From Oscillospiraceae bacterium (GTDB taxonomy: Bacteria > Bacillota > Clostridia > Oscillospirales > CAG-272), in contig SVSV01000002.1 of the NCBI GenBank assembly GCA_015064125.1, forward strand, positions 1 through 46,259: a stretch of DNA of 46,259 bases. Reading direction: 5' to 3'. The number at the start of each line of letters is the position of its first letter. Positions within the stretch are counted from its first letter, which is position 1. Below, piece by piece: positions 8,910 through 16,721 of this stretch. The position numbers and the translations under genes are program-made. The notes under the pieces were generated by a model, which was given only the letters and a program-made list of their open reading frames with translations, had not been told where the DNA came from and ran no database searches.

Positions 8910-9914
8910 TTAATAACCCTTGGGGTTTTGCGACTGCCAGTTCCAGGAGTCGCGCACCATATCGTCAAGCCCATATGCGGCAACCCAACCAAGCTTTTCC
9001 TTTGCCTTAGCAGGGTCGGCATAGCAGGCCGCGATATCGCCCGGGCGACGGGGACCGATCTTATAGGGCACGGGCACGCCGTTGACACGCTCAAAGGCCT
9101 TTACCATATCCAACACACTGTAGCCCATGCCCGTGCCAAGGTTGAATACCTCAGCGCCCTTATCCTCATAGCCAAGCGCCGCCACGTGACCGCGGGCAAG
9201 ATCGACCACGTGAATAAAGTCGCGCACGCCCGTGCCATCGGGAGTGGGATAATCATTGCCAAACACCGAAAGCTCCTTCAGCTTGCCGACAGCCACCTGC
9301 GTGATATAGGGCATGAGATTGTTTGGAATACCGTTGGGATTTTCACCGATCATACCGCTCTTATGCGCGCCAACGGGATTGAAATAACGCAGCAGGATCA
9401 CCTGCATATCGGGGTCGGATACACAGTAGTCACGCAAAATGACCTCGATCATATACTTAGTCCAACCGTAAGGGTTAGAGCAATTGCCCGTGGGGCTATT
9501 TTCAGTAATGGGGCACCTTTCGGGCGTGCCGTAGACCGTCGCGGAGGAGCTGAAGATCAGCTTTTTAACACCCGCCCTTTTCATGACACGCAACAGGGTA
9601 AGAGTAGAATTGATATTGTTATCGTAATATTCAAGGGGCTTTCTTACCGACTCTCCCACAGCCTTATAGCCTGCAAAATGCACCACGGCATCGATCTTGT
9701 GCTCAGCAAAGATCGCGTCCATCGCGGCCTCATCTGCCACGTCAGCCTCGTAAAGCGGCACCTTTTTGCCAATGATTTTTTCAACGCGCGCCACCGCCTC
9801 GGGGCAGCTGTTGTAAAAGTTATCTACGACCACGACCTCATGGCCTGCAGCATCCATTTCAATGATCGTGTGCGTGCCGATATAGCCCGCACCGCCTGTC
9901 AGCAAAACCTTCAT
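8910..9914 (-). CDS. galE: UDP-glucose 4-epimerase
   Basis: MKVLLTGGAGYIGTH NAD-binding start plus YGWTK (YxxxK) and FNPVGAH motifs. ATG at 9914 follows AGGAGG. Confidence 0.93.
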   Translation of the reverse strand: MKVLLTGGAGYIGTHTIIEMDAAGHEVVVVDNFYNSCPEAVARVEKIIGKKVPLYEADVADEAAMDAIFAEHKIDAVVHFAGYKAVGESVRKPLEYYDNNINSTLTLLRVMKRAGVKKLIFSSSATVYGTPERCPITENSPTGNCSNPYGWTKYMIEVILRDYCVSDPDMQVILLRYFNPVGAHKSGMIGENPNGIPNNLMPYITQVAVGKLKELSVFGNDYPTPDGTGVRDFIHVVDLARGHVAALGYEDKGAEVFNLGTGMGYSVLDMVKAFERVNGVPVPYKIGPRRPGDIAACYADPAKAKEKLGWVAAYGLDDMVRDSWNWQSQNPKGY

Positions 9915-10051
9915 ATAAGCCTCCTGATACAAATCATTATTACATAAACAGTATAACTTTTTTCGCGCGGCATGTCAATATTTTCGGACAAAACAATTTA
10001 GATATGCGACATACGGGATGCAAAATCACCGCATTTTTTTACAAGTGCCTC

Positions 10052-10080
10052 TTGACAAGAGGCATTGTGAGTGCTATAAT
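10052..10080 (+). promoter_or_regulatory. sigma-A promoter of the trpB leader
   Basis: TTGACA (10052-10057), 17-nt spacer, TGcTATAAT (-10 at 10075-10080). Confidence 0.7.
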
Positions 10081-10099
10081 GTGCTCATAACATAAAAAC

Positions 10100-10370
10100 C
10101 GTTGATGCGGAGATAAAGGCAGTTATGCCCCCACAGAGAGCCTGCGATGCTGAGAGTCAGGTGGGAAACAAGCTGTTAAATGGACCGCTGAGGGCGTGGA
10201 TGAACTGCCTGTGGCAAAGTATTCTGCGACGTGGGGCAAGCGTGATTGCCAAGGATATGTCAGTATCCGACAAAGGGCATAGATTTTCTATGAATGCAAG
10301 GTGGCACCGCGGATAAGCTATTATTCGTCCTTGACAGATGGTTTTTATTCTGTCGGGGCGTTTTCTTTTT
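10100..10370 (+). promoter_or_regulatory. T-box riboswitch, tryptophan specifier (UGG)
   Basis: AGAGAG (10135-10140) and GCTGAGAG stem I motifs. Specifier-loop AAATGGA has UGG at 10181-10183. Conserved T-box GGTGGCACCGCG lies at 10300-10311. Terminator CGTCCTTGACAG..CTGTCGGGGCG is followed by TTTTCTTTTT (10326-10370). Confidence 0.85.
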
Positions 10371-10406
10371 AAAGGAACGCCCACACCGCACAAAAAGGAG
10401 AAAAAA

Positions 10407-11627
10407 ATGAAGCTGAACAACGTAGACTTTGAAACCTATTTTGCAAACTATCCCGACGATAAGGGCTTTTTCGGCAAATACGGCGGCGTTTTTGTGGAGG
10501 AAAAGCTGAAGCGCGCCATGGCCGAGATCACCGAGGCCTATTTTTCGATCTGTCAATCGCGCAAATTTATTGCCGAGCTGCGCCGTATCCGCAAAGAATT
10601 TCAGGGGCGCCCCACGCCCGTAACACACCTTGAGCGCCTTTCCGACGCCATGGGCGGCAAGGTGCAGCTTTATGCCAAGCGCGAGGACCTCAACCACTCG
10701 GGCGCTCACAAGCTGAACCACTGCATGGGTGAGGCACTGCTTGCCAAGTTCATGGGCAAGAAAAAGCTGATTGCCGAAACAGGTGCAGGTCAGCACGGCG
10801 TGGCACTGGCCACCGCCGCTGCCTACTTTGGCCTGAAATGCGACATTTATATGGGCGCGGTCGACATCAAAAAGCAGGCCCCGAACGTAGCACGCATGAA
10901 GATCCTCGGTGCGAACGTTATTGAGGTCACCCACGGTCTGCAGACCTTAAAGGAAGCGGTCGATGCCGCATTTGACGCCTACAGCCGCGAATACGAGGAT
11001 GCCATTTACTGCATCGGCTCGGTGCTGGGGCCCCATCCCTTCCCCATGATGGTGCGTGATTTCCAGAGCGTTGTCGGCATCGAGGCAAGAGAACAGTTTA
11101 TTGATATGACGGGACACCTCCCTTCCGCGATCGTTGCTTGTGTGGGCGGCGGCTCTAACGCTGCGGGCCTGTTTGCAGGGTTCCTTAACGACCCCGTGGA
11201 TATTTACGGTGTTGAGCCCTTAGGGCGCGGTGAAAAGCTGGGCGATCACGCCGCCAGCCTCAAGTACGGCACCGAGGGTATCATGCACGGCTTCAACAGC
11301 ATTATGCTCAAGGATGAAAACGGCGCCCCCGCCCCCGTTTACTCGGTGGCAAGCGGCCTTGACTATCCCTCCAGCGGCCCCGAACACGCGTTCCTGCAGG
11401 AGATCGGGCGCGTCAAGTACGACGTGATCAACGATGAGGAAACGATCGATGCATTCTACCGTCTTGCACGCCTTGAGGGCATCATTCCTGCCATTGAAAG
11501 CGCGCATGCCGTGGCCTTTGGTATGAAGCTGGCACAGCAGATGGACCACGGGTCGGTACTGATCAACCTTTCGGGGCGTGGCGACAAGGATATGGACTAC
11601 ATCATTGAAAACTACGGCATCAGATAA
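10407..11627 (+). CDS. trpB: tryptophan synthase beta chain (stand-alone)
   Basis: [13 protein letters not shown], the PLP-lysine motif HSGAHKLNH and GAGQHG. ORF trimmed to the ATG at 10407, which follows AAGGAG. No trpA is adjacent. Confidence 0.9.
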   Translation: MKLNNVDFETYFANYPDDKGFFGKYGGVFVEEKLKRAMAEITEAYFSICQSRKFIAELRRIRKEFQGRPTPVTHLERLSDAMGGKVQLYAKREDLNHSGAHKLNHCMGEALLAKFMGKKKLIAETGAGQHGVALATAAAYFGLKCDIYMGAVDIKKQAPNVARMKILGANVIEVTHGLQTLKEAVDAAFDAYSREYEDAIYCIGSVLGPHPFPMMVRDFQSVVGIEAREQFIDMTGHLPSAIVACVGGGSNAAGLFAGFLNDPVDIYGVEPLGRGEKLGDHAASLKYGTEGIMHGFNSIMLKDENGAPAPVYSVASGLDYPSSGPEHAFLQEIGRVKYDVINDEETIDAFYRLARLEGIIPAIESAHAVAFGMKLAQQMDHGSVLINLSGRGDKDMDYIIENYGIR

Positions 11628-11641
11628 GGGCAGGTGGCTTT

Positions 11642-11729
11642 GGCGCAGACCAAAACACACCCGGTATTTATTTGAACGGCAAAGCCACCTCGTTTTATCG
11701 GTTATGCGGATAGGCGAGGTGGTTTTTTA
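11642..11729 (+). repeat. about 87-bp direct repeat, copy A (contains a terminator-like hairpin)
   Basis: GGCGCAGACCAAAACACACCC..TTATTTGAACGGCAAAGCCACCTCG..CGAGGTGGTTTTTT. Near-identical to 11884-11969. Confidence 0.85.
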
Positions 11730-11883
11730 GCTTGATTTTAAAGTAGAAAACCCACGGGTTTTCATTTTTATGTGTGTTTTTAGCCGCGCTCTCGGCACTC
11801 GACGTACAAAGTACGCCTCACATGCCGAGATCACGCCTTCTGCATCCAAATCCACGCTGCCCTGCTTTGTGCTGATCTATAAC

Positions 11884-11969
11884 GGCGCAGGCCAAAACAC
11901 ACCCAGCACTTATTTGAACGGCAAAGCCACCTCGTTTTATCGGTTATACATAGGCAAGGTGGTTTTTTA
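11884..11969 (+). repeat. about 87-bp direct repeat, copy B
   Basis: Same unit as 11642-11729, with a few substitutions and a 2-nt indel in the hairpin loop. Confidence 0.85.
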
Positions 11970-11992
11970 AAAAAGCACACCCAACATTTATT

Positions 11993-12036
11993 AAAAGAGC
12001 CGCACTGTCATCAATGACAGTGCGGCTCTTGCTTTT
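11993..12036. terminator. bidirectional terminator at the 3' end of the ABC-transporter operon
   Basis: AGAGCCGCACTGTCAT-CAA-TGACAGTGCGGCTCT, flanked by A/T runs. The preceding AAAGCACACCCAACATTTATT resembles the start of the 87-bp repeat. Confidence 0.8.
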
Positions 12037-12051
12037 GCATACACAGTACAC

Positions 12052-12858
12052 TTAAAGCACCTTGGCAAGAAATGCCCGCAGGCGCTCATTTTTGGGATGA
12101 TTAAACAGCTCGTCTGGCGTGCCCTCCTCGGCGATCACGCCGCCATCCATGAAAATGATACGGTCGGCCACCTCACGGGCAAAGCCCATTTCATGCGTAA
12201 CGATCGCCATCGTCATGCCCTCATTGGCAAGCTCCTTCATCAGATCCAACACCTCGCCGACCATCTCGGGGTCAAGGGCGGAGGTCGGCTCATCAAAAAG
12301 CATCACCTTGGGGTTCATCGCCAGTGCGCGCACAATAGCAATACGCTGCTTTTGGCCTCCTGAAAGCGTAGAAGGATAGGCTTCTGCCTTTTCGGCAAGG
12401 CCAATGCGCGCCAAAAGCGTCATGGCCTTTTCCTGCTCCTCAGCCAAGATCTGTGCCTTGGTTTCAGTGGGCTTTTCAGCCTTGCCGAGCAGCGAGCGCC
12501 ACTTCTCGCGGCGCAGTCGCTGACAACGCAGCATCACGGGCGCCAGCATAATATTCTGAAGCACGGTCTTGTTGTTGAAAAGATTGAACTGCTGAAAGAC
12601 CATACCCATCTTCTGACGATGAATATTGATATCAACACGCGGATCGGCGATATTTTCATTATCGAAAATGATCTCGCCGCCCGTCGGGTCCTCAAGGCAA
12701 TTCAGGCACCGCAAAAGCGTACTCTTACCCGACCCCGAGGCACCGATGATAACCACCTTTTCGCCTGCCTTGATATCAATGGAAACCGATTTTAATACCT
12801 CAAGCTCACCAAAGCTCTTGGAGAGGTCCTTGACGCTGATCAGCACGTTATTTTCCAT
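12052..12858 (-). CDS. polar amino acid ABC transporter ATP-binding protein
   Basis: Walker [10 protein letters not shown], signature LSGGQKQR and Walker [12 protein letters not shown]. The ATG at 12858 follows GGGAGGTG and overlaps the permease stop by 11 nt. Confidence 0.9.
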   Translation of the reverse strand: MENNVLISVKDLSKSFGELEVLKSVSIDIKAGEKVVIIGASGSGKSTLLRCLNCLEDPTGGEIIFDNENIADPRVDINIHRQKMGMVFQQFNLFNNKTVLQNIMLAPVMLRCQRLRREKWRSLLGKAEKPTETKAQILAEEQEKAMTLLARIGLAEKAEAYPSTLSGGQKQRIAIVRALAMNPKVMLFDEPTSALDPEMVGEVLDLMKELANEGMTMAIVTHEMGFAREVADRIIFMDGGVIAEEGTPDELFNHPKNERLRAFLAKVL

Positions 12859-13561
12859 TTGTCGCACCTCCCGCATTTCTATCACTCTTGGCCATCCTCT
12901 TTTCAATGACATGCAGCACTCTGGTCAGCGCCAGCACCACAACAAGGTAGAGCGCGGCGGCAATAAGGAGTGGGAACAAATAGTCAAAGGTGCGCGATTG
13001 AATAAGACCGGGGATCTTACCGAGGTCATAAATGCCAACGTAGCCAACGATAGAGGTCTCCTTGACGAGCATAATGAACTCGTTAAAAAGCGGCGGCAAG
13101 CAGTTGCGCACAGCCTGCGGGATGATAATGGTACGCATCGTTTGCCAGGTAGAAAGGCCGAGCGAGCGCCCTGCCTCCATTTGTCCGTCATCAACGCTCT
13201 CAAAGCCCGCACGTGCAATTTCCGCTACGTATGCACCCGAATTAAGACCAAAGGTAATGGCACCGATCATAATACCGTTATCCCAGAAGGCAAATACCAC
13301 AAAGTACAGGATCATCAGCTGAAGCACCACGGGTGTGCCGCGCACAACGGTAATATAGATATTGCAGATTTTGGTTGCGATCTTCAGCTTACCCGTTTTT
13401 TTGTTGATGTAGTTCACCATAGCAAGAATAACACCAATGGTGATACCGATCACAGCAGCCATCAAGGCGATCAACAGCGTGTTGCCAAGACCCTCAAGAT
13501 ACATTTTCCAGCGGTTCTGCACCAAAAAGGCCTTGCCAAACCGCGTCCACAGTTCTTTCAT
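12848..13561 (-). CDS. polar amino acid ABC transporter permease (His/Glu/Gln/Arg/opine family)
   Basis: 237 aa, multi-TM, with an [22 protein letters not shown]-loop motif. Confidence 0.9.
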   Translation of the reverse strand: MKELWTRFGKAFLVQNRWKMYLEGLGNTLLIALMAAVIGITIGVILAMVNYINKKTGKLKIATKICNIYITVVRGTPVVLQLMILYFVVFAFWDNGIMIGAITFGLNSGAYVAEIARAGFESVDDGQMEAGRSLGLSTWQTMRTIIIPQAVRNCLPPLFNEFIMLVKETSIVGYVGIYDLGKIPGLIQSRTFDYLFPLLIAAALYLVVVLALTRVLHVIEKRMAKSDRNAGGATNGK

Positions 13562-13574
13562 AAATTCCCCTTGA

Positions 13575-13606
13575 AAAAGGTGAGCGGGATATCCCGCTCA
13601 CCGATT
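13575..13606 (-). promoter_or_regulatory. intercistronic hairpin between the binding-protein and permease genes
   Basis: GGTGAGCGGG-ATAT-CCCGCTCACC (13579-13602). On the minus strand it is followed by TTTTTCAAGGGGA and the permease ATG. Confidence 0.5.
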
Positions 13607-13614
13607 TTTATTTG

Positions 13615-13892
13615 TATAGCCGAAGAGGGTCGAACCCACAAGGCTTGGGCAGGCAAAAACGGGCTCTCACGGCAGGAAAACACTTTGCAATACGGTATAT
13701 TCCTGCAGTATTTTCCTTTGTCATAACACCTTTTTGCTCTGCCGAAGCTGGGAGCCACCTCTTAGCTGAAAGATTTTTAGCAGATTTTGTTGTGGCGCGG
13801 CGCGGTCATGCAATACCTTACAAGCCGCGGCGCGGCAAAAGCTGCAAAAATGTTACGCCAAGAGGCTTATGTATTCGGCTCTCTTCGGCTAT
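13615..13892. mobile_element. MITE-like non-coding element, full copy (278 bp) with terminal inverted repeats
   Basis: Left end TATAGCCGAAGAG, right end CTCTTCGGCTAT (its reverse complement). The first 225 bp or so are near-identical to 17734-17959. There is no credible ORF. It sits between the binding-protein stop (13898) and the permease start (13561). Confidence 0.6.
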
Positions 13893-13897
13893 TGCAA

Positions 13898-14794
13898 TCA
13901 GTTTGCGCTTGCAAGCATCGTCTGTGCGGGCAGCTTATCCATGAGAATGGCGTCGATACGGCCAGCCTTGAGGTCGGCCAATGCCATTGCGTACTTCTCG
14001 TACTGCTTCACCTCGGCACCTGCAGCCTTCACGACTACGGTGATCTCCTCACCCTCAGCATCCTCGGTTACGTAAGAGTAGCCTGCATCAGCTGCAGCGG
14101 CGGTGATGATCAGGTCACCGCTGGTGCCCTGCTGTACGCCAACCTTCTTACCTGCAAGGTCCTTAACACTGGTGATGGGCTCCTTCTTATCGGAAACGAT
14201 CACGAGCGTGGAGCTGTAGTAAACGTTAGAGAAATCCATCATAGCGGCACGGTCCTCATTGATGGTAAGACCGGCAGCGGCAACGGCAAGACCGCTGTCA
14301 TTCTGCACGCAGGTGGGAATAGTGTCAAATACAACGTCCATTACCTGGATCTTCTTGCCCATGTTTACGGCAACCTGGCTCATGATAGCAATATCAAGGC
14401 CAACCACTGCCTCGTTGTAGATAAATTCGAAGGGAGCAAAGCCCGACTCGGTGTAAACCGTGATCACGTCGGTAGCAGAGCCGAAGTCCCAGCTGACCAC
14501 AAGGTCGCCTGCCTCGGGAGCAGTGCCGCCGTTCTCAGCGTAATCGGCAAGCTTGGTGTAGTATTCCTCATACTTAGCCATTTTGCCATTGGCAACCCAC
14601 TCGTCAACCACAGCGTTGACAGCAGCAAGCAGATCGGCATTGTTCTTCTTTACGCCAATACCGAAATCCTCCTTGATCAGGTCAGCGGCATCGGTTGCAA
14701 CGAAATCATCATTCTTTTTGCCGCAGGATGCGAAAGCAACCACAGTGGTCAGCAGCATCAGCACGGCGAGTGTAAGGGCTACAATCTTTTTCAT
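13898..14794 (-). CDS. amino acid ABC transporter substrate-binding lipoprotein
   Basis: Signal peptide with lipobox (VVAFASC), then an SBP_bac_3-like body. ORF trimmed to the ATG at 14794. Confidence 0.85.
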   Translation of the reverse strand: MKKIVALTLAVLMLLTTVVAFASCGKKNDDFVATDAADLIKEDFGIGVKKNNADLLAAVNAVVDEWVANGKMAKYEEYYTKLADYAENGGTAPEAGDLVVSWDFGSATDVITVYTESGFAPFEFIYNEAVVGLDIAIMSQVAVNMGKKIQVMDVVFDTIPTCVQNDSGLAVAAAGLTINEDRAAMMDFSNVYYSSTLVIVSDKKEPITSVKDLAGKKVGVQQGTSGDLIITAAAADAGYSYVTEDAEGEEITVVVKAAGAEVKQYEKYAMALADLKAGRIDAILMDKLPAQTMLASAN

Positions 14795-14844
14795 AGCAAT
14801 CTTCCTCTCAAAACATATGATAATATACCTTTCGGCACCTTGCA

Positions 14845-14873
14845 ATTATAGCGCATAAATATACACTTGTCAA
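14845..14873 (-). promoter_or_regulatory. candidate sigma-A promoter of the ABC-transporter operon
   Basis: On the minus strand: TTGACA (14873-14868), 17-nt spacer, TATAAT (14850-14845). Confidence 0.6.
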
Positions 14874-14981
14874 GCACTTTCTTGAATTTTTACATTATTT
14901 TTATAAAATACCCACCGTAAACGCACGGCCGCCATACACAAAAGCAAGGGCACAGATCATGGCACTGCGCCCTTGCTGCTC

Positions 14982-16094
14982 TTATTTTACAGCGCCTGCG
15001 GCAGCCGCGATCTCGGCGGCAACCGCATCTGCGGCGCGCCCTGCCGACACGGTAACGTCGCAAAGCTCCTCATTACGATATTCATCGTCAAGCGATAGAA
15101 TACGGCAGGTCCTGTCGTCGGGGGAAAGATCACGCGACACAATATCGCGAATGACGTCATAGCGTGCGCGCTTCATAAAGACCGTCAACGCACGGGAACG
15201 GTATCGGTTTTTCAATGTCAGCGCCCCACAAATATCAATAGGGATCACAGCAAGACCGCCGCGGCTGACAATGCCGTCGATCGATGCGGCAGAGGTGCCG
15301 AAATAATGGCCGCTGTAAACGGTGGTTTCCAAGAACTTCCCTGACTCGCGCTCCTTAATAAAGGTAGCCTCATCAAGAAAATGATAATCACAATCGCTCT
15401 CCTCGCAGCGCTTGGGACGCGTGGTAGCGGTGGTGGGCTTTGTCATACCGTAACGGGCAGAAAGCGCTTTGGCAACGGCGTTTTTTCCACTGCCCGTGGG
15501 ACCGACCAAGCAGACCACGCCGCCGTTTTCAAGATTGGGACGCTCATCGGAGAAGGCCTCGCAGATCATATCAACAAGATGCAGAAAATCATCGTAGGAA
15601 TTGACTGAAAGCAGACCAGAGAGATGCGTATTCCACGGGCGGCGGAAAAGCACGGGATAGGTCGCGGGCGTGCGGGTGATGTTATGGGCACCGTCATCAA
15701 GCAAAATATCAAGGCTGACCATATCCTTGCGTGTACCGATGAGAATATTCTCGGAAGGGATCTCAGGGAAATCCTGTACCAAGCGCATGGCGCGTGCTGA
15801 CATACAGGCAGGGGGCACGGCAGTGATAAAAAAGACCTCAGCACGTGCGGCAAGGCGGTGCACAAACTCCTTTGCCCCGTCAAAGATCGGCTGATTGGCA
15901 ACGAACTCGGGGTCGGAAAAATAAGTAATGCGCTCATCTATCCCGGTGCCGCTTTCGCCCCAACCGCGAATATCGTAAATCGTATAAGGGGGATCCACAC
16001 CGTATTTTTTATTTAAGCACTCCAGCGCGTAGGCATTGCAAACGTATAAGATATCATCTACATCAAGCCCCACGCGCAACCTGTATTTTTTCAT
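14982..16094 (-). CDS. fusion protein: 5'(3')-deoxyribonucleotidase-like HAD domain plus guanylate-kinase-like domain
   Basis: N-terminal VGLDVDDIL..ILLDDGAHN (NT5C-like). C-terminal half has the P-loop GPTGSGKNAV and TTRPKRCEESDCDYHFL (Gmk-like). Confidence 0.72.
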   Translation of the reverse strand: MKKYRLRVGLDVDDILYVCNAYALECLNKKYGVDPPYTIYDIRGWGESGTGIDERITYFSDPEFVANQPIFDGAKEFVHRLAARAEVFFITAVPPACMSARAMRLVQDFPEIPSENILIGTRKDMVSLDILLDDGAHNITRTPATYPVLFRRPWNTHLSGLLSVNSYDDFLHLVDMICEAFSDERPNLENGGVVCLVGPTGSGKNAVAKALSARYGMTKPTTATTRPKRCEESDCDYHFLDEATFIKERESGKFLETTVYSGHYFGTSAASIDGIVSRGGLAVIPIDICGALTLKNRYRSRALTVFMKRARYDVIRDIVSRDLSPDDRTCRILSLDDEYRNEELCDVTVSAGRAADAVAAEIAAAAGAVK

Positions 16095-16229
16095 CGCAAT
16101 TCCCCTTTTTTTATAGTATTTTCAGTATATCATAAAACAATGGCAAGCGCAAGTGGGAATGCGTGAAAAACCAACGGAAAGCAACGAAAAAAATTCTTGC
16201 AATTTTTTGCAAAAACTGAAAAAAAGGTG

Positions 16230-16258
16230 TTGACAAACCGAAAGGCTTATGTTATAAT
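16230..16258 (+). promoter_or_regulatory. sigma-A promoter of the tRNA-Met/tRNA-Glu operon
   Basis: TTGACA (16230-16235), 17-nt spacer, TGtTATAAT (-10 at 16253-16258). Confidence 0.7.
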
Positions 16259-16288
16259 ATCAAAGCGTTGTGAAAAACGCCACAATAT

Positions 16289-16365
16289 GGCGGGATAGCT
16301 CAGCTGGCTAGAGCAACCGGTTCATACCCGGTAGGTCATGGGTTCAAGTCCAATTCCCGCTACCA
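16289..16365 (+). tRNA. tRNA-Met (CAT), elongator type, CCA encoded
   Basis: Cloverleaf read by eye. Acceptor GGCGGGA/TCCCGCT, anticodon loop TTCATAC, TTCAAGT T-loop. One G-A mismatch in the T-stem. Confidence 0.82.
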
Positions 16366-16405
16366 CAATACACACAAAATGCGGCTTGCCGCATTTTGTG
16401 TATAA

Positions 16406-16480
16406 GGCCCGTTGGTCAAGCGGTTAAGACACCGCCCTTTCACGGCGGTAACAGGAGTTCGATTCTCCTACGGGTCACCA
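16406..16480 (+). tRNA. tRNA-Glu (TTC), CCA encoded
   Basis: GGCCCGTTGGTCAAGCGGTTAAGAC.., anticodon stem CCGCC/GGCGG with loop CTTTCAC, and T-arm GGAGTTCGATTCTCC. Confidence 0.92.
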
Positions 16481-16523
16481 AAAGCAAAAGACCACCCCAA
16501 ACGGGGTGGTCTTTTGCTTTTGG
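16481..16523 (+). terminator. intrinsic terminator after tRNA-Glu
   Basis: AAAAGCAAAAGACCACCCC-AAAC-GGGGTGGTCTTTTGCTTTT. Confidence 0.85.
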
Positions 16524-16668
16524 TGATTCGCGGTGCGAATCGACAAGGTGTGTGACTAAAAGTCACACACAGGAGTTCGCATACCCCGCCCGAAGATCGG
16601 GGTGCTTGCACACCAGGCGCAGGGCGTGGGTATATTCGCCGTAGGCGAAATTCTCCTGCGGGCAAACA
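16524..16668 (+). other. tRNA-Glu-derived structured segment (split duplicate of the tRNA 3' half)
   Basis: ACAGGAGTTCG (16569-16579) and ATTCTCCTGCGGGCAAACA (16650-16668) copy the tRNA-Glu T-arm and acceptor 3' end (16451-16480). They are separated by a hairpin-rich insert of about 70 nt. Upstream is an 8-bp stem with the 7-nt loop CTAAAAG. Confidence 0.55.
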
Positions 16669-16669
16669 A

Positions 16670-16716
16670 CGCAAAAGGCACAAGCGGTCTGCCGAGAGCA
16701 GGCCGCTTGTGCCTTT
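16670..16716 (-). terminator. intrinsic terminator after the LacI-family gene
   Basis: AAGGCACAAGCGG..CCGCTTGTGCCTT stem followed by a T-run on the minus strand. Confidence 0.8.
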
Positions 16717-16721
16717 ATTAT

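Noticed and set aside
8928-9947. 339-aa plus-strand ORF
   Set aside because: It is antisense to galE, whose identity is unambiguous; shadow ORF.
10260-10934. 224-aa minus-strand ORF overlapping the T-box and trpB
   Set aside because: It is antisense to trpB and extends through the T-box terminator; shadow ORF.
11770-11970. 66-aa ORF between the two 87-bp repeats
   Set aside because: It has no SD and ends inside the repeat's terminator hairpin. Its composition is unremarkable; probably non-coding.
11642-13892. Diversity-generating retroelement (TR/VR pair) explanation for the direct repeats
   Set aside because: Differences between copies are not adenine-specific, the repeats are non-coding, and no reverse transcriptase gene is present.
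12626-14851. 366-aa and 354-aa plus-strand ORFs (12626-13726, 13787-14851)
   Set aside because: They are antisense to the ABC ATPase/permease and binding-protein genes, and they run through the non-coding MITE-like element. No recognisable domains.
16366-16405. Hairpin ACACAAAATGCGGC-TTGC-CGCATTTTGTGT between tRNA-Met and tRNA-Glu as a separate regulatory element
   Set aside because: It is likely just a processing or spacer structure within the tRNA operon. It has no T-run sufficient for termination and nothing else distinctive.
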